Below are positions 23,915 through 36,704 of a DNA stretch of 64,000 nucleotides, one piece after another. The position numbers and the translations under genes are program-made. Origin of the DNA: Octopus sinensis (lineage: Eukaryota). The notes under the pieces are model-generated. The model saw nothing but the letters and a program-made list of their open reading frames with translations, made no database searches and was not told the DNA's origin. The stretch is taken from the NCBI RefSeq assembly GCF_006345805.1, contig NC_043016.1:11842001-11906000 (forward strand), given 5' to 3'. Each line of letters begins with the position of its first letter. Position 1 is the stretch's first letter.

Positions 23915-24362
23915 TGCCATGTTACTCAATCCCCACTTAATCACTCATACATACACAGAGAACCCTCTTGTTTTTGAATATGTACACAAGCACCAAAATA
24001 AGGAATACTGGGGAACATCTGTTGAGTGTAAACATAACAGACCAGATATTGTTGTTTGGGAAAGACAAAAAAAAGTATGTACCATCATAGAGATCAGCTG
24101 TCCTGCTGATTTGAATATCTCTTTGAAAATGAAAGAGAAAGAAGCTAACTATGCTTCAAAACCTCCAGCTTCTATTGGTAGATTGCAAATTTAACATTAA
24201 TACCAACAATAAGTGGTGCACTTGGTTTTATAAGTAAACGCCTGTCTGTCTGGATAAGCTTCACAAAAAGAAATCAACCAACTAAATCACACATTACAAA
24301 GACACTCAGTAAAGTGAAACCAGTACAACGATTCAAGACTTTTCCCAGGTTTAAAATGTGAC
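23915..24362 (+). mobile_element. 3' fragment of an RLE-type (R2/R4/NeSL/CRE-like) non-LTR retrotransposon
   Basis: CKHNRPDIVVWERQKKVCTIIEISCPADLNISLKMKEKE...IPTISGALG: PD-(D/E)xK restriction-like endonuclease motif. Confidence 0.8.
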
Positions 24363-24688
24363 ACTGTTTTCGTTATCCATATTCCAATGATGGAGCTTTG
24401 TGCCTTTGTAAGAAACCAGCTCCTTCCTTAGAGGAAAAAGTCAAATAATTAAAACCAGAAGAGAACACACATTCATGATGATGGTGGCTGTCCACTTGTA
24501 ACTGAGAAAGACCATCACTGACCGATGCCCATGCAAAATGCCAGTAATGCCTGTGCATGAGATTACTGCACCAGCAGTTGGCTTCACCTGAGTTCACGTT
24601 CACGTTTCCATGTTTGCTGCGGTACCCTCCTACTCGATTGGGCATTGGTTGGACAGTTCACTTGCCAGCGATGGCACAACCTAAAATT

Positions 24689-25529
24689 TTAGGTCCAATA
24701 AGGTTTGCACAGCACCTCAGACCCTATCCACTCTACTGACATGATGCAGAGAGAAAACCAGGGCAAGATATTCAGTGCCAATTTGAGCTGCAGGCTCAGG
24801 AATGTGGAAGCACCTGCAATGCCATTCCTTTCACACCTAGTTTTATATCAGAGTGACCTTCTCCTAGAGACATGCTTTAGAAAAATACTGAGGAGTGCCA
24901 CACTCCCAGCGGTCTTCCACCATGCCAGACACCAACCCAGAATTTCTGAAGGCTTGTACTATTTCTAGATACTCATCGAACCTACACTTAGTTCATGCAT
25001 CACTTTGACAGGTCAGGTTTTTAGTACTAGGCGACCTGACCATCCACGAGACCTCGCAAATTACCTTACAAGACATACACTCCAAGACGTGACAATAGTT
25101 TAACAAGATGTCTGACCACTAAGTAAGAATTTCTAGGGAGAGCTGAAAAGCAGAAGATCTTTATTTAGAGAAGAAATCCACCCACCCCCTCATTCATGCA
25201 TTTCAGCCCTTAACACCTTACAAAGTAAAAGGGCCAGACTGCACCCTGGTCATGATCCCTAGATATTTCCTCGCTTCCACATTTTGTGCCACTGTCTACA
25301 TTTTAACCCTCCTGAATGGTTAAGGTGCCCCACTTAAAATAAAAATTAGGTCCAATAAGGTTTGCACAGCACCTCAGACCCTATCCACTCTACTGACATG
25401 ATCCAGAGACAAAACCAGGGCAAGATATTCAATGCCAATGTGAGCTGCAGGCTCAGGAATGTGGGAGCACCTGCAATGCCATTCCTTTCACACCTGGTTT
25501 TATATCAGAGTGACCTTCTCCTAGAGACA
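24689..25529 (+). repeat. Two ~184-bp direct repeats (24689-24872, 25346-25529) around a ~470-bp unique core
   Basis: TTAGGTCCAATAAGG...CTCCTAGAGACA repeated with only a handful of substitutions. Confidence 0.85.
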
Positions 25530-26512
25530 GAAAACAGAAAGATAGCAGACAATTTAAGAATAAAACAATAGATCCAAGAGCGGATAAAATATATACAATC
25601 CATAACTGTTTGTTTAATAAAATATATTTTGTCAGACTAACGATTACGGGTTAAATATAGAGTGTATTTGTATGTGTGCGCACACATCTTTATTGATTGT
25701 AGGACTATGCGTTTAGGCTGAACAAGCCAATGGAGCAAAACTACAAAGCCCTATCGACTGAACTCATTTTCAATCAAGGAAGCCTGGTCGCATGACTTAA
25801 AAGAAATAGAAGCCATATCATTCGTGCCATACTCTGCTGCCTGGAAAAACACATTAGACAATGTAATCCTATAACAGGGTGGATCAGTCACAGCTGAATT
25901 ACTTCTGATAATTAATAGGCCAGCAAAATTAGGACTGACATCATACAAGCATAACGAACAGATAACAGTCAACTATTTTGATAAGTTAAAAAAAAAAAAC
26001 CATACACACATACATACAGGTACAAATAAGATGACTGCATGACTAAGTCCACTTTGCCAACATGTGATCTTGGGTTCAATCTCATGGCACTGAACAACAC
26101 ATCGTGTGTGTGTGTATGCACGTGTACATGCACACACGCGTGTATGTACATATGTATATGTATGTATGTATGTGTGTGTGTGTGCGCGCGTGTAATTAAC
26201 ACTGAAATATATTTCACTAATTTATTATTAATCAACAAACTAATCAATCATTAATCAATTGACTAATGATTAAGGAGTGAAACTGGCCCACCATGTATGT
26301 TATTAAAATTGACGTAATTACTCTCTCTAGACAAAACAAAATACTTGTATATTTTCTGTCTTTATTTTTTTTTCCAGTTATTAGACTGTGGCCTAGCTGG
26401 AGCACCACATTGAAGAGTTTTAGTCAAACCTAGTACTTATTTCTATCCATCATTGCCAATCTGCTAAGTTCCTGGGACACACGAACACCGATTATCAAGC
26501 AGTGGTAGTGGT

Positions 26513-26743
26513 GGTGAGCTGGCAGAAGCGTTAGCACGCCGGGCGAAATGCTTGGCAGCATTTCGTCTGCTGTTTCGTTGCGAGTTCAAATTCCACCGAG
26601 GTCGACTTTGCCTTTCATCCTTTCGGGGTCGATAAATTAAGCACCAGTTACGCACTGGGGTCGATGTAATCGACTTAATACCTATGTCTGTCCTTGTTTG
26701 TCCCTTCTATGTTTAGCCCCTTGTGGGTAATAAAGAAATAGGT
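26513..26743 (+). mobile_element. SINE family B nested in a SINE A remnant
   Basis: Full head-to-tail match; GGTAGTGGTGGTGA duplicated on both sides (TSD-like). Confidence 0.8.
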
Positions 26744-27197
26744 AGTGGTGGTGATGACAGACACATACACAAAGACACACACATACACATATACGAAAGG
26801 CTTCTTTAAGTTTCTGTCTACCAAATCCACTAATAAGGCTTTGGTCAGCCCAAGGCTATTATAGTACAAAATATTTGCCCAAGGTTCTATATAGTGTGGC
26901 TGAACCCGGAACCATACAGTTGGGAGCCATTAGCCACTTTGAGTCTTAGCTCATTTTTGTTTATGATTTACTTAGCTGAAAGCCATAATGCTTTACTTTT
27001 TCATAAGTACACACTTTGTTAGAAGGCAGCCACAAACAATAAATCAATAGGACGTATTTGGTTACATAAGGCTTCCATTGAAGTTTTTCATTCAAGCATG
27101 GTTCAGAAAATACTTCTTAAAACTGTTAGAGCGTGCGAAAGTGCCCACAGGGTCATAATCAAAGGGAAGTACATTAAATAAATGAACACACTACATA

Positions 27198-27612
27198 GGC
27201 GCAGGAGTGGCTGTGTGGTAAGTAGCTTGCTAACCAACCACATGGTTCCGGGTTCAGTCCCACTGCGTGGCACCTTGGGCAAGTGTCTTCTACTATGGCC
27301 TCGGGCTGACCAATGCCTTGTGAGTGGATTTGGTAGACTGAAACTGAAAGAAGCCTGTCGTATATATGTATATATATATGTAAGTGTGTGTGTGTTTGTG
27401 TATCTGTGTTTGTCCCCCTAGCATTGCCTGACAACTGATGCTGGTGTGTTTACGTCCCCGTCACTTAGCGGTTCGGCAAAAGTGACCGATAGAATAAGTA
27501 CTGGGCTTACAATGAATAAGTCCCGGGGTCGATTTGCTCGATTAAAGGCGGTGCTCCAGCATGGCCGCAGTCAAATGACTGAAACAAGTAAAAGAGTAAA
27601 AGAGTAAAGAGT
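27198..27612 (+). mobile_element. SINE family A, full length
   Basis: Near-identical to 298-748. Confidence 0.85.
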
Positions 27613-28080
27613 ATACCTACATATATACATTATTACTATCATTATTATTATTATTATTTAAAACATTTTAATTCAGCTCTTTGCAGCTCAAATTTTCACA
27701 GGCTTCTAACAGAAATCTACCTTGTTCAAGCTTAGATTACCAGTAATCCAACCTGGTTAGGTTTCTGTTAGAAGCCTGCAAAAAAAAAAAAGTTACATGG
27801 AGCCAAATCAAACTGTTTTAAATAATAATATATGTAACTCCTAGTACCCTTTTCTTTCATTTGTCCACTCTCCCATATATATATATATATATATATCAAG
27901 TGAGATAGGGGTTGTGAGTGTAACCCTCTATGGGATAACATATATCCAATATACTGCCAGTAAAGCACCCAGAAATGCTAATACATAAATGCTAAGAATT
28001 GCAATGCAATTAATTCATTTATTGTATTATATGGGCGAAGGTAAAATGTTTTCTCCATTTTCTTATTTTATATATATATA

Positions 28081-28112
<32 letters not shown>

Positions 28113-29304
28113 CATATACAAGCAGAGATGATGGTATGTGGATACAGCGTTTGATTTGTAACCATAAGTTTTATTCTATTGCATGGCACTTTGGACAAGT
28201 GGATTCCAGTTTGAAAATGAAAATGGTACACAGAAACTGTAAGTGTTATTTCCAAGACGTTGTGAAAACATTCTGGCCATGGGAAAATATTACCCTTACA
28301 TGGAAACAGGTAAGAGTTGGCAACAAAACGACATCCAAACATAGAAGATTTGTGTCAATAAACTCCATTATATCCATGCAAGCATGAGAAGGAAAATGGA
28401 TGATAAAATGACGATGATGAAGAGAACATTTATTTATTTATTCATTTATTGGAGCCTGGTGCAGCCATCTGGTTCGCCAGACCTCAGTCAAAATTGTCCA
28501 ACCCATGCCAGCATGGAAAGCAGATGTTAAACAATGTTGATGATGATCTATTTCCTACAAAAATTCCTTGCTTTGAAACAGAAAGATAGCAGACAATTTA
28601 AGAATAAAACAATATTTATACCTTATACAAAAACTGTAACCAATAACTTTGGAACATATTTTAAAATCTATTTTACTGAACTTATAACCCAAAATAATTT
28701 ATAACAAAAACAAATAATGACGATGACGATGATGATGATGATAATAAAACACTCGTTTATAGCTCACCTTCCAAAAGAAACATGACAAAAGTTAATGTAT
28801 ACGACACTCGTGATTCATAGCATTGAATAAAACACGTTTTGTAAATTGTAAGAAGGTCGTTTCTAGAACACCCTCACCCTCAACACACCCCTAAAAATAT
28901 TTCAAAACATCAAGACACACCTTTCGTGCATGACGAAGCATATAAGATTACTTCAGGTACACACTGAGAAAGAACGCATTTAGGACAAAACTGGGATAAA
29001 TTTTTTAAAATTTATGTAATCAAGATTTGATTATACATTCAATTCAAAACTCTGGTGTATTATCAAAAGCAAATCACTGACAGATTGTGACAACTTGTAA
29101 ACTTGATAAAGAACAAAGTTACTACTGAACATGAAATGTTTGTGCTGCGTAGCTATTTACCAATGAAGCGCCTACGAAATGTCACAGCTAGGCAATATTG
29201 TCATGTAGTGAAGAAAGCAATTGTTCAGGTTGTTAGGCTGATGAATTTCCTATCCTTATGAATGGGGGGAAACAATCAATTGACTTATTATTCTGGATTA
29301 TTAT

Positions 29305-29614
29305 GCTGGTGGCACGTAACAAACACCATCCGATCGTGGCCGTGCCAGCCTCGCCTGGCCTCCGTGCCGGTGGCACGTAAAAAACACCATCCTGGCGTGG
29401 CCGTTCGCCAGCCTCGTCTGGCACCTGTGTCGGTGGCACATAAAAATCACCCACTACACTCACGGAGTGGTTGGCGTTAGGAAGGGCATCCAGCTGTAGA
29501 AACACTGCCAGATCTGACTGGAGCCTGGTGCAGCCTTCTGGCTTCTCAGACCCCAGTTGAACCGTCCAACCCATGCCAGCATGGAAAGCGGACGTTAAAC
29601 GATGATGATGATGA
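29305..29614 (+). mobile_element. RTE 3'UTR fragment (family C) with three tandem ~62-bp modules
   Basis: Three GGTGGCAC(G/A)TAA.AA.CACC units followed by the conserved body and (GAT)n. Confidence 0.75.
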
Positions 29615-30120
29615 TTACATAAGGCAGCAAACTGGAAGAATCATTGGTATTCCAGAGAAAATGTTTAGCAGCATTTTGTCTGTCTTTTTATGTTCTGAGT
29701 TCAAATGCCACTGAGGTCAACTTTGCTTTTCGTCTTTTTGAGGTTGATGAAATAAGTACCAGTTGAGAACTGGGGTCGATGTGATCAACTTAACCTCCTT
29801 CCTCCCCAAAAAAAATTTCGGCTACATGTATGTATAGCTGGACCCAGAATGAGACTATTTACCGCAGCTATTTGGACACAAATTATTTGGCATGGCTGTT
29901 TTGGTGACTGCACTGGGAGTAAAAACATGCACACACACACACACGCATGTGCACTAAAAAATATATATCCATATACAGCTAGGAAGAGAGGGAGAAGGTG
30001 AACATTACAATTCATTAACACTTCCCCTCTCCTCAGACACATAAAGGGAAACAGTGAAAAATGAGAGGAAGGAGGGGGAGAGGGAAAGAGAGAGAAACAT
30101 TAAAATTTAGATATCAAATA

Positions 30121-30312
30121 GGCGCATGAGTGGCTATGTGGTAAGTAGCTTGCTAACCAACCACATGGTTCCGGGTTCAGTCCCACTGCGTGGCACCTTG
30201 GACAAGTGTCTTCTACTATAGCCCCGGGCCGACCAATGCCTTGTGAGTGGATTTGGTAGATGGAAACTGAAAGAAGCCTGTCGTATATATATATATATAT
30301 ATGTGTGTGTGT

Positions 30313-30353
<41 letters not shown>

Positions 30354-30548
30354 TCCCCCTAGCATTGCTTGACAACCGATGTTGGTATGTTTACATCCCC
30401 GTCACTTAGCGGTTCGGCAAAGAGACCGATAGAATAAGTACTGGGCTTACGAAGAATAAGTCCCAGGGTCGATTTGCTCGACTAAAGGTGGTGCTCCAGC
30501 ATGGCCGCAGTCAAATGACTGAAACAAGTAAAAGAGTAAAGAGTAAAA
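30121..30548 (+). mobile_element. SINE family A, full length
   Basis: Near-identical to 298-748. Confidence 0.85.
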
Positions 30549-30714
30549 TAAATCATCATCAAATCAGTGATGCCAAATATTTAGTGTCAAAGAAGACTCA
30601 CTCCACTGGATCATACTTAATCCAAAATATGTAAGGCAAACTTTAACACCCATTGGATCTGAAACTGGGACAAGCTGTGAGACTATAACCAAGACAAACC
30701 TTAGTCTTGCTCTT

Positions 30715-31020
30715 AACTATCGTCCAGAAAGTAACAAGAAAAAAAAAGTTTTTGTACAGGTGTTAATAACTTAATTATGAAAGAAGAGAAGAAAATTGAG
30801 CTCATCTATTATGGCTAAGTTCAAATAAGCAGCGGTATAGAAAAAATTCTTCATAGAGGGAAGATTAGCGAATAGCAGATCAAGAGGCAGGCAAAGAATG
30901 CACTGGATGGACAATATCAAGAGCCGACTGGTTAAGTGTGCCAAGGCAGCTGGTGAACTAATGCTTAATGACAAAGACTTTCATTATAGTGTCGTCAATG
31001 TGTTGCAAGCATACATGATG
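30715..31020 (+). mobile_element. RTE LINE ORF 3' end
   Basis: ...IYYG*VQISSGIEKILHRGKI / SRSRGRQRMHWMDNIK... ending in (GAT)n. Confidence 0.65.
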
Positions 31021-31655
31021 ATGATGATAACGATGATTATAACAATGACGATAACGATGACAGTAATGATAACAACGATGACGATGATGACAACAATAAT
31101 GATAACAATGACAATGATGATAACGATAACAATAATGATAACAACGATGACGATAACAAATAATGATAACGATGGCAATGATAACGATGACGATGATGAT
31201 AACAACGATGACGATAACGATGACAATAATGATAACGACGATGACGATAACAATAATGATAACGATGACAACGATGATGATAACGATGATGACGATAATG
31301 ATGACAATAATGATAACGACGATGACGATAACAATAATGATAACGATGACGACGATGGTAACAATGATGATGATAATGATGACAATAATGATAACGACGA
31401 TGACGATAACAATAATGATAACGATGACGACGATGGTAACAATGATGATGATAACGATGACAATAATAATAACGACGATGACGATAACAATAATGATAAC
31501 GATGACGACGATGGTAACAATGATGATGATAACGATGACAATAATGATAACGACGATGACGATAACAATAATGATAACGATGACAACAATGATGATGACG
31601 ATGAAGATAACGATGATGACGATAACGATGATAACGATGATGATACTGATGATGG
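31015..31655. repeat. Compound trinucleotide array (GAT/GAC/AAC/AAT) with a 78-bp higher-order repeat
   Basis: GATGGTAAC marker at 31354, 31432, 31510. Confidence 0.9.
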
Positions 31656-31795
31656 TGATGATCTAGGTATATGTTTGAAGAGAACATTGTGTAAGCTTGA
31701 TGTATGAAGGGATGATATGGAGAAATGGAGTCAAGAAAGAAAAAAAAACTAAAAGGTTATACAGGAATTTTCATCCATCTTGATAAGCTTGAGCT

Positions 31796-32015
31796 ATACT
31801 CTTTAACATTTGAACTAACCATATCCAGCCCAAATATTCTACCTGTTCTACGTTCAGACAGGCCAAGTCTGGCTTCTCACAACTTTCACGTATTCTTAAA
31901 ATTGCAATTTCATCAATGAAATCTCAAAGCTACAAGATAATGCATGATTAAATTCAAAACAGTGCAAATAAATAAGCTTTACATTTGACAGAATAAGCTG
32001 AATGCTAAAGGGTTA
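31796..32015 (+). mobile_element. piggyBac-type MITE family D, degenerate
   Basis: Body matches 9068-9294; ends GCTAAAGGGTTA. Confidence 0.7.
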
Positions 32016-33626
32016 TATAGTGGTGGAGGTGCATGGTTTAGTGGTTAGGGTGTTGGGCTCATGATCGTAAGTTTGTGGTTTCGATTCCTGGACCAGGTGA
32101 TGTGTTGTGTTCTTGAGCAAAACACTTCATTTGATGTTGCTTCAGTCAACACAGCTGGCAAAAATGAGTAATCCTGCAACAGATTGGAATCCTGGGAAAT
32201 TTCTACGCCACTGAAACCAGGAAATCAGCCCTTATGACCCTGGCTCGAGAAGGAAACATTTCTTCTTCTAAAGAGTTATACACTGAAAACCTACAGGTTT
32301 TAAGTCTTTTGTTACTGTATTTCTCTTGAAATACACTGCCCCTTTTTACAATTATTTTTGAAAATAATGAAGAACATAGTAAAATAATTTGGTCCTTGTT
32401 AAGAAGCTGGTATTTAAAATAGAAGATTCAAATTAAATTTTGATAAAAAGTTTGAATCTCGGTCTCTTTAAAACTGGAAGTTTGCATCATTAGAAGAACA
32501 AAGGGTGTTCTCAGGTTTTTATCAAAAGGATTAAATTAAAGAGAACATAGTAATGGCAAACTGGGATATTTTTTTAACATTTTGCTAATCATAAAATAAC
32601 ATTGGTTAAGTTATCAGTGTTGTTCTTTTTTTTTTTTTTATATAATTATAATAATTTACAGGCAACCACTCGTTTCTCCAAAGTTAATCAAGTACCAGTT
32701 ACATACTTAGTTAACTACTGAATCATAACAATGAAATGTTTTATACATGCACTCTAGCTTTATTCAGAAGCTATTTCGAAAACGAAAAAAAATTTTTTAA
32801 AAAAAGGAAAAAAGAAAAAGATCTTTTATCAGATAACAGCAAGATTATCAAAACATCTAGCTATGAGCAATGGTCAATAACATTTTCGTTTTTTTTTCTT
32901 TTTATTTGTTTCAGTCATTTGACTGTGCCCATACTGGAGCACCACCTTTAGTCGAGCAAATCAACCCCAGGACTTATTCTTTGGAAGCCTAGTACTTACT
33001 TATTCTATCAGTCTCTCTTACCAAACCACTAAGTTACGGGGACGTAAACACACCAGCAACGGTTGTCAAGCAATGTTGGGGGGACAAACACAGACACACA
33101 AACATATACATACACACACACACATACATGAACTATGTGGTTTGTAAGCAAGCTACTTACCACACAGCCACTCCTGCGCCCTTATTTGACCATAAAGTCA
33201 TCTCAGATCAACATTTGCTAAACATGAGAGAATCATTGACGTTCTTAAAAGAAAATTTTCTCATTTTCCCATAACGATATTTAACAATTCTGTAGGAAAA
33301 TCTTACAGTATTTGCATAATTTCAAGTTAAGAATTATTGACCAGAGTTTGGGTTATTTCAGTGTACAAATCTTATCAGAGTATCACAGCATTCAGACAGC
33401 TAATCGAGATAAGTCAACTTTTGCAGTCAATTTAACCCTTCAGCATTAAAACTGACCATATCTGGCCAAAATATTCTACCTGTTTTGTTTTCCAACTGGC
33501 CACATCTGACCCCTCAAACTTTCCCCTACAAAATAAATTACCCCTCATACTCTCCCCTAAAAATAAACTACCACATCATCAGACTCTTGAAGCTACAAGA
33601 TAATTCATGTTAATTCAAAACAATGC

Positions 33627-34029
33627 GAGTGGCTGTGTGGTAAGTAGTTTGCTTACCAACCACATGGTTCCGGGTTCAATCCCACTGCGTGGCACCTTGG
33701 GCAAGTGTCTTCTACTATAGCCTCGGGCCGAACAAAGCTTTGTGAGTGGATTTGGTTGACGAAAACTAGAAGAAGCCCGTCGTATATATGTGTGTGTGTG
33801 TGTGTGTTTGTGTGTCTGTGTTTGTCCCTCCAACATCGCTTGACAACCAATGGTGGTGTGTTTACGTCCCTGTGAATTAGCGGTTCGGCAAAAGGGGACA
33901 GATAGAATAAGTACTAGGCTTACAAAGAATAAGTCCTGGAGTCGATTTGCTCGATTAAAGGTGGTGCTCCAACATGGCCACAGTCAAACGACTGAAACAA
34001 GTAAGAGAGTAAAAGAGTAAAGAGTAAAG
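33627..34029 (+). mobile_element. SINE family A
   Basis: Head, body and AGTAAAAG tail; inserted after a truncated family D MITE (about 33433-33622). Confidence 0.8.
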
Positions 34030-34249
34030 TGAGAAGATACATTGCAGAACTATTATTCTAATGAGTTATATCTTTTATCACCTGAAGAGACAAATCTACA
34101 CCATTGGATGCTCCTAAACCAGTTGTTAAGTTTCCCATCCGTGAGGGATCAATGCTAGATGGATCAAAACAATTGTAGTGATTAATAAAAATTCTCATAT
34201 CTTCCATCCCATTAACCAAATATAAATGTGTGTGTGTGTGTGTGTGTCA

Positions 34250-34484
34250 TCCGTCCGTGGCCGTTTGCCAGCTCCATCTCGCACCTGTGCGGGTGGCACG
34301 TAAAAACCACCCACTACACTCACGGAGTGGTTGGCGTTAGGAAGGGCATCCAGCCGTAGAAACACTGCCAGATCAGACTGGGCCTGATGCAGCCTTCTGG
34401 CTTCACAGACCCCAGTTGAACCGTCCAACCCATGCTAGCATGGAAAGCGGACGCTAAATGATGATGATGATGATGATGATGATG
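34250..34484 (+). mobile_element. RTE 3'UTR fragment (family C)
   Basis: Module, conserved body and (GAT)n tail. Confidence 0.75.
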
Positions 34485-36642
34485 AATGCGAATTAGAGCT
34501 CAACACTGCAATGGATAAAAAATCTTTATGGTTTATGGCTACCATTGGTTTCATGTAAGTGATAAATCCCTTAACAATTATCAAACCTGCAACAGGGAAC
34601 ATTGGTGTTCATCTCCATCTTGGATTAAAACAATAAAATCACATAAGATCATGATAAAATAATGAGATTTTAGGTGAACAAAACAAACATCAGGGGCAAC
34701 AACTTTTAATTATTATCTCCCTTGCCTCAAATTTAGGTTAAATTTGATTTGAACTGTTCAAATATTTGTAAACATGATAAAATTTTTATAAACTTTCAAG
34801 AGAACATGAAATAATTCTTTTTTCTTTTAATATATTTCAAAGCACACATTTTGCTATAAATAAAAGCACATAAATATCATTTTTCAAATTTTGAAACAAG
34901 GCCAGAAACTTCAGGGAGAGGATAAGTGAACTACATCAGTAGTCAACTGGTACTTATTCTATTGACCCTGAAAGGATGAAAGGCAAAGTTGACTTCAGTG
35001 GAATTTGAACTCAGAACAGACGAAATGCTAAGTATTTTGCCTGGTGTACTAACGATTTTGCAAGCTCGCCATTTAAAGGCACACAAATATTGGGTTAAAA
35101 AAACCTGTCATGGTTACAAACGTCAAAGTTGCCCATGGAACTCAAATCTATATCTCCTATAAGCACAGTAGATGTTCTACCATTGGACCAAAGTCAATCC
35201 TTTGAATTTCTCAATCTACTTTAGAAAATTTATTCTGAGCAGAAAGAACTGTATGTTGTTGATATTATAACAGAAGTGGGTTTGAGTCCATGGGAAGCTT
35301 TTAACTTTTCTATTCCAAAGGGTTTTTCAATATATTCACGTGGTATTATATATGGCTTTATGTGTACTTCAAGATCCACTATTTAAAAAAAAAGAATTAT
35401 TCATATACATATACATAAATGTTTGTGTGTGTGTGCAGGTAAGCTTGCTTTGAATTCTTAAAATCCCAGGTTGTGGTTAATTACTGCTTTTGTATAGACA
35501 TACTGAACAGAAATCTTGCAGAACAGAAGTTATTTTAACAAGATACATCTTGTAAATCACCTGAAGAGACACATCTACATCAACAGATACACCTAAACTA
35601 GATGTTCAGTCTCCCACCCGTGAGGAATCAATGCTAGATGGATCAAAACAATTGAAGTGATCAATAACCAGTCTCATATCTTCCATCTCTCTCATTAATC
35701 AAACACATTATATATATATATATATGTATATATATCTAAACATACCCCCCCACACACACACACATATATAACTATATATGTCATCACTTGATTGTTCTCT
35801 TAAACATGAGCAGCATTAATATGGCTTTTCAGTTCTGCTTTGCAAAGATCTGGCAATGCCGGGTGCCTTTTGCAGTAGGCATTCAGATAGATTACTACAC
35901 AAGCTGACATGTTTCTTCATTCCATAATGGAATCGGATGTAGACCAAGTCACAGGTGTTACCACCTAGTTTTCTTTATCCTAGAGAGGGGTCCAAACAAA
36001 CACTAGGAGGTCTCTCACTTCCAGCTGTTGGATGACCATTCACTCTAATCAATTCATGCACCTTTTGACAGGTTCTGTTTTCTGCCCCACAGTGAAGTTA
36101 CGTGGCCTAGTGGTTAGATTGTTGCACTCATGATTGTCAGATTGTGGGTTCAATTCTCATACAAGGCTGTGTGTTGTGTTCAAGAGAAAAACAGTAAATT
36201 TCACGTTGCTCTATTACTTTGTGGGGATCAGACATGTCAAAGAACAGACCCAACGTTAGCTCTCAGGCTTCATAAAACCCTCACCAGCAACAACTATCCA
36301 AACAGACCCATGGGTTGGAGGCTGTTGCCTCTATGGTGCAAAGGCATCATCTATCAGGAATAAGAACTCCAACTAATGGTAGGTGCAACAAAATGCTCCT
36401 ACAGCACATGCCTCAATATTATTATTACTACTGCAGAATGTCTATAAAAAAAAATACACTCCCCCTCCCTACCAAGCAAACTTAGTAGAGTTTAGTCACC
36501 AATGGCCCAACCATACAACAGGTACATGCATGTATTGACACATATGTACATATATGTATGTATTCACTTATATACACATAGATATATAAATATATATATG
36601 AAATATCTTAGACTTACTTCTGTGCTATTTCCACCTCCATTT

Positions 36643-36703
<61 letters not shown>

Positions 36704-36704
<1 letters not shown>

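Noticed and set aside
25751-25972. Minus-strand ORF with internal acceptor-like TTTTTCCAG
   Set aside because: No recognisable protein similarity in any frame.
29305-29460. Repeat-spacer pattern superficially like a CRISPR array
   Set aside because: Eukaryotic context; the spacers are homologous to each other and the unit is part of an RTE 3'UTR; no cas genes.
30898-31707. 269-aa Asp/Asn-rich ORF resembling acidic biomineralisation proteins
   Set aside because: Begins in an RTE ORF remnant and runs through its expanded trinucleotide tail; several overlapping frames on both strands are open for the same reason.
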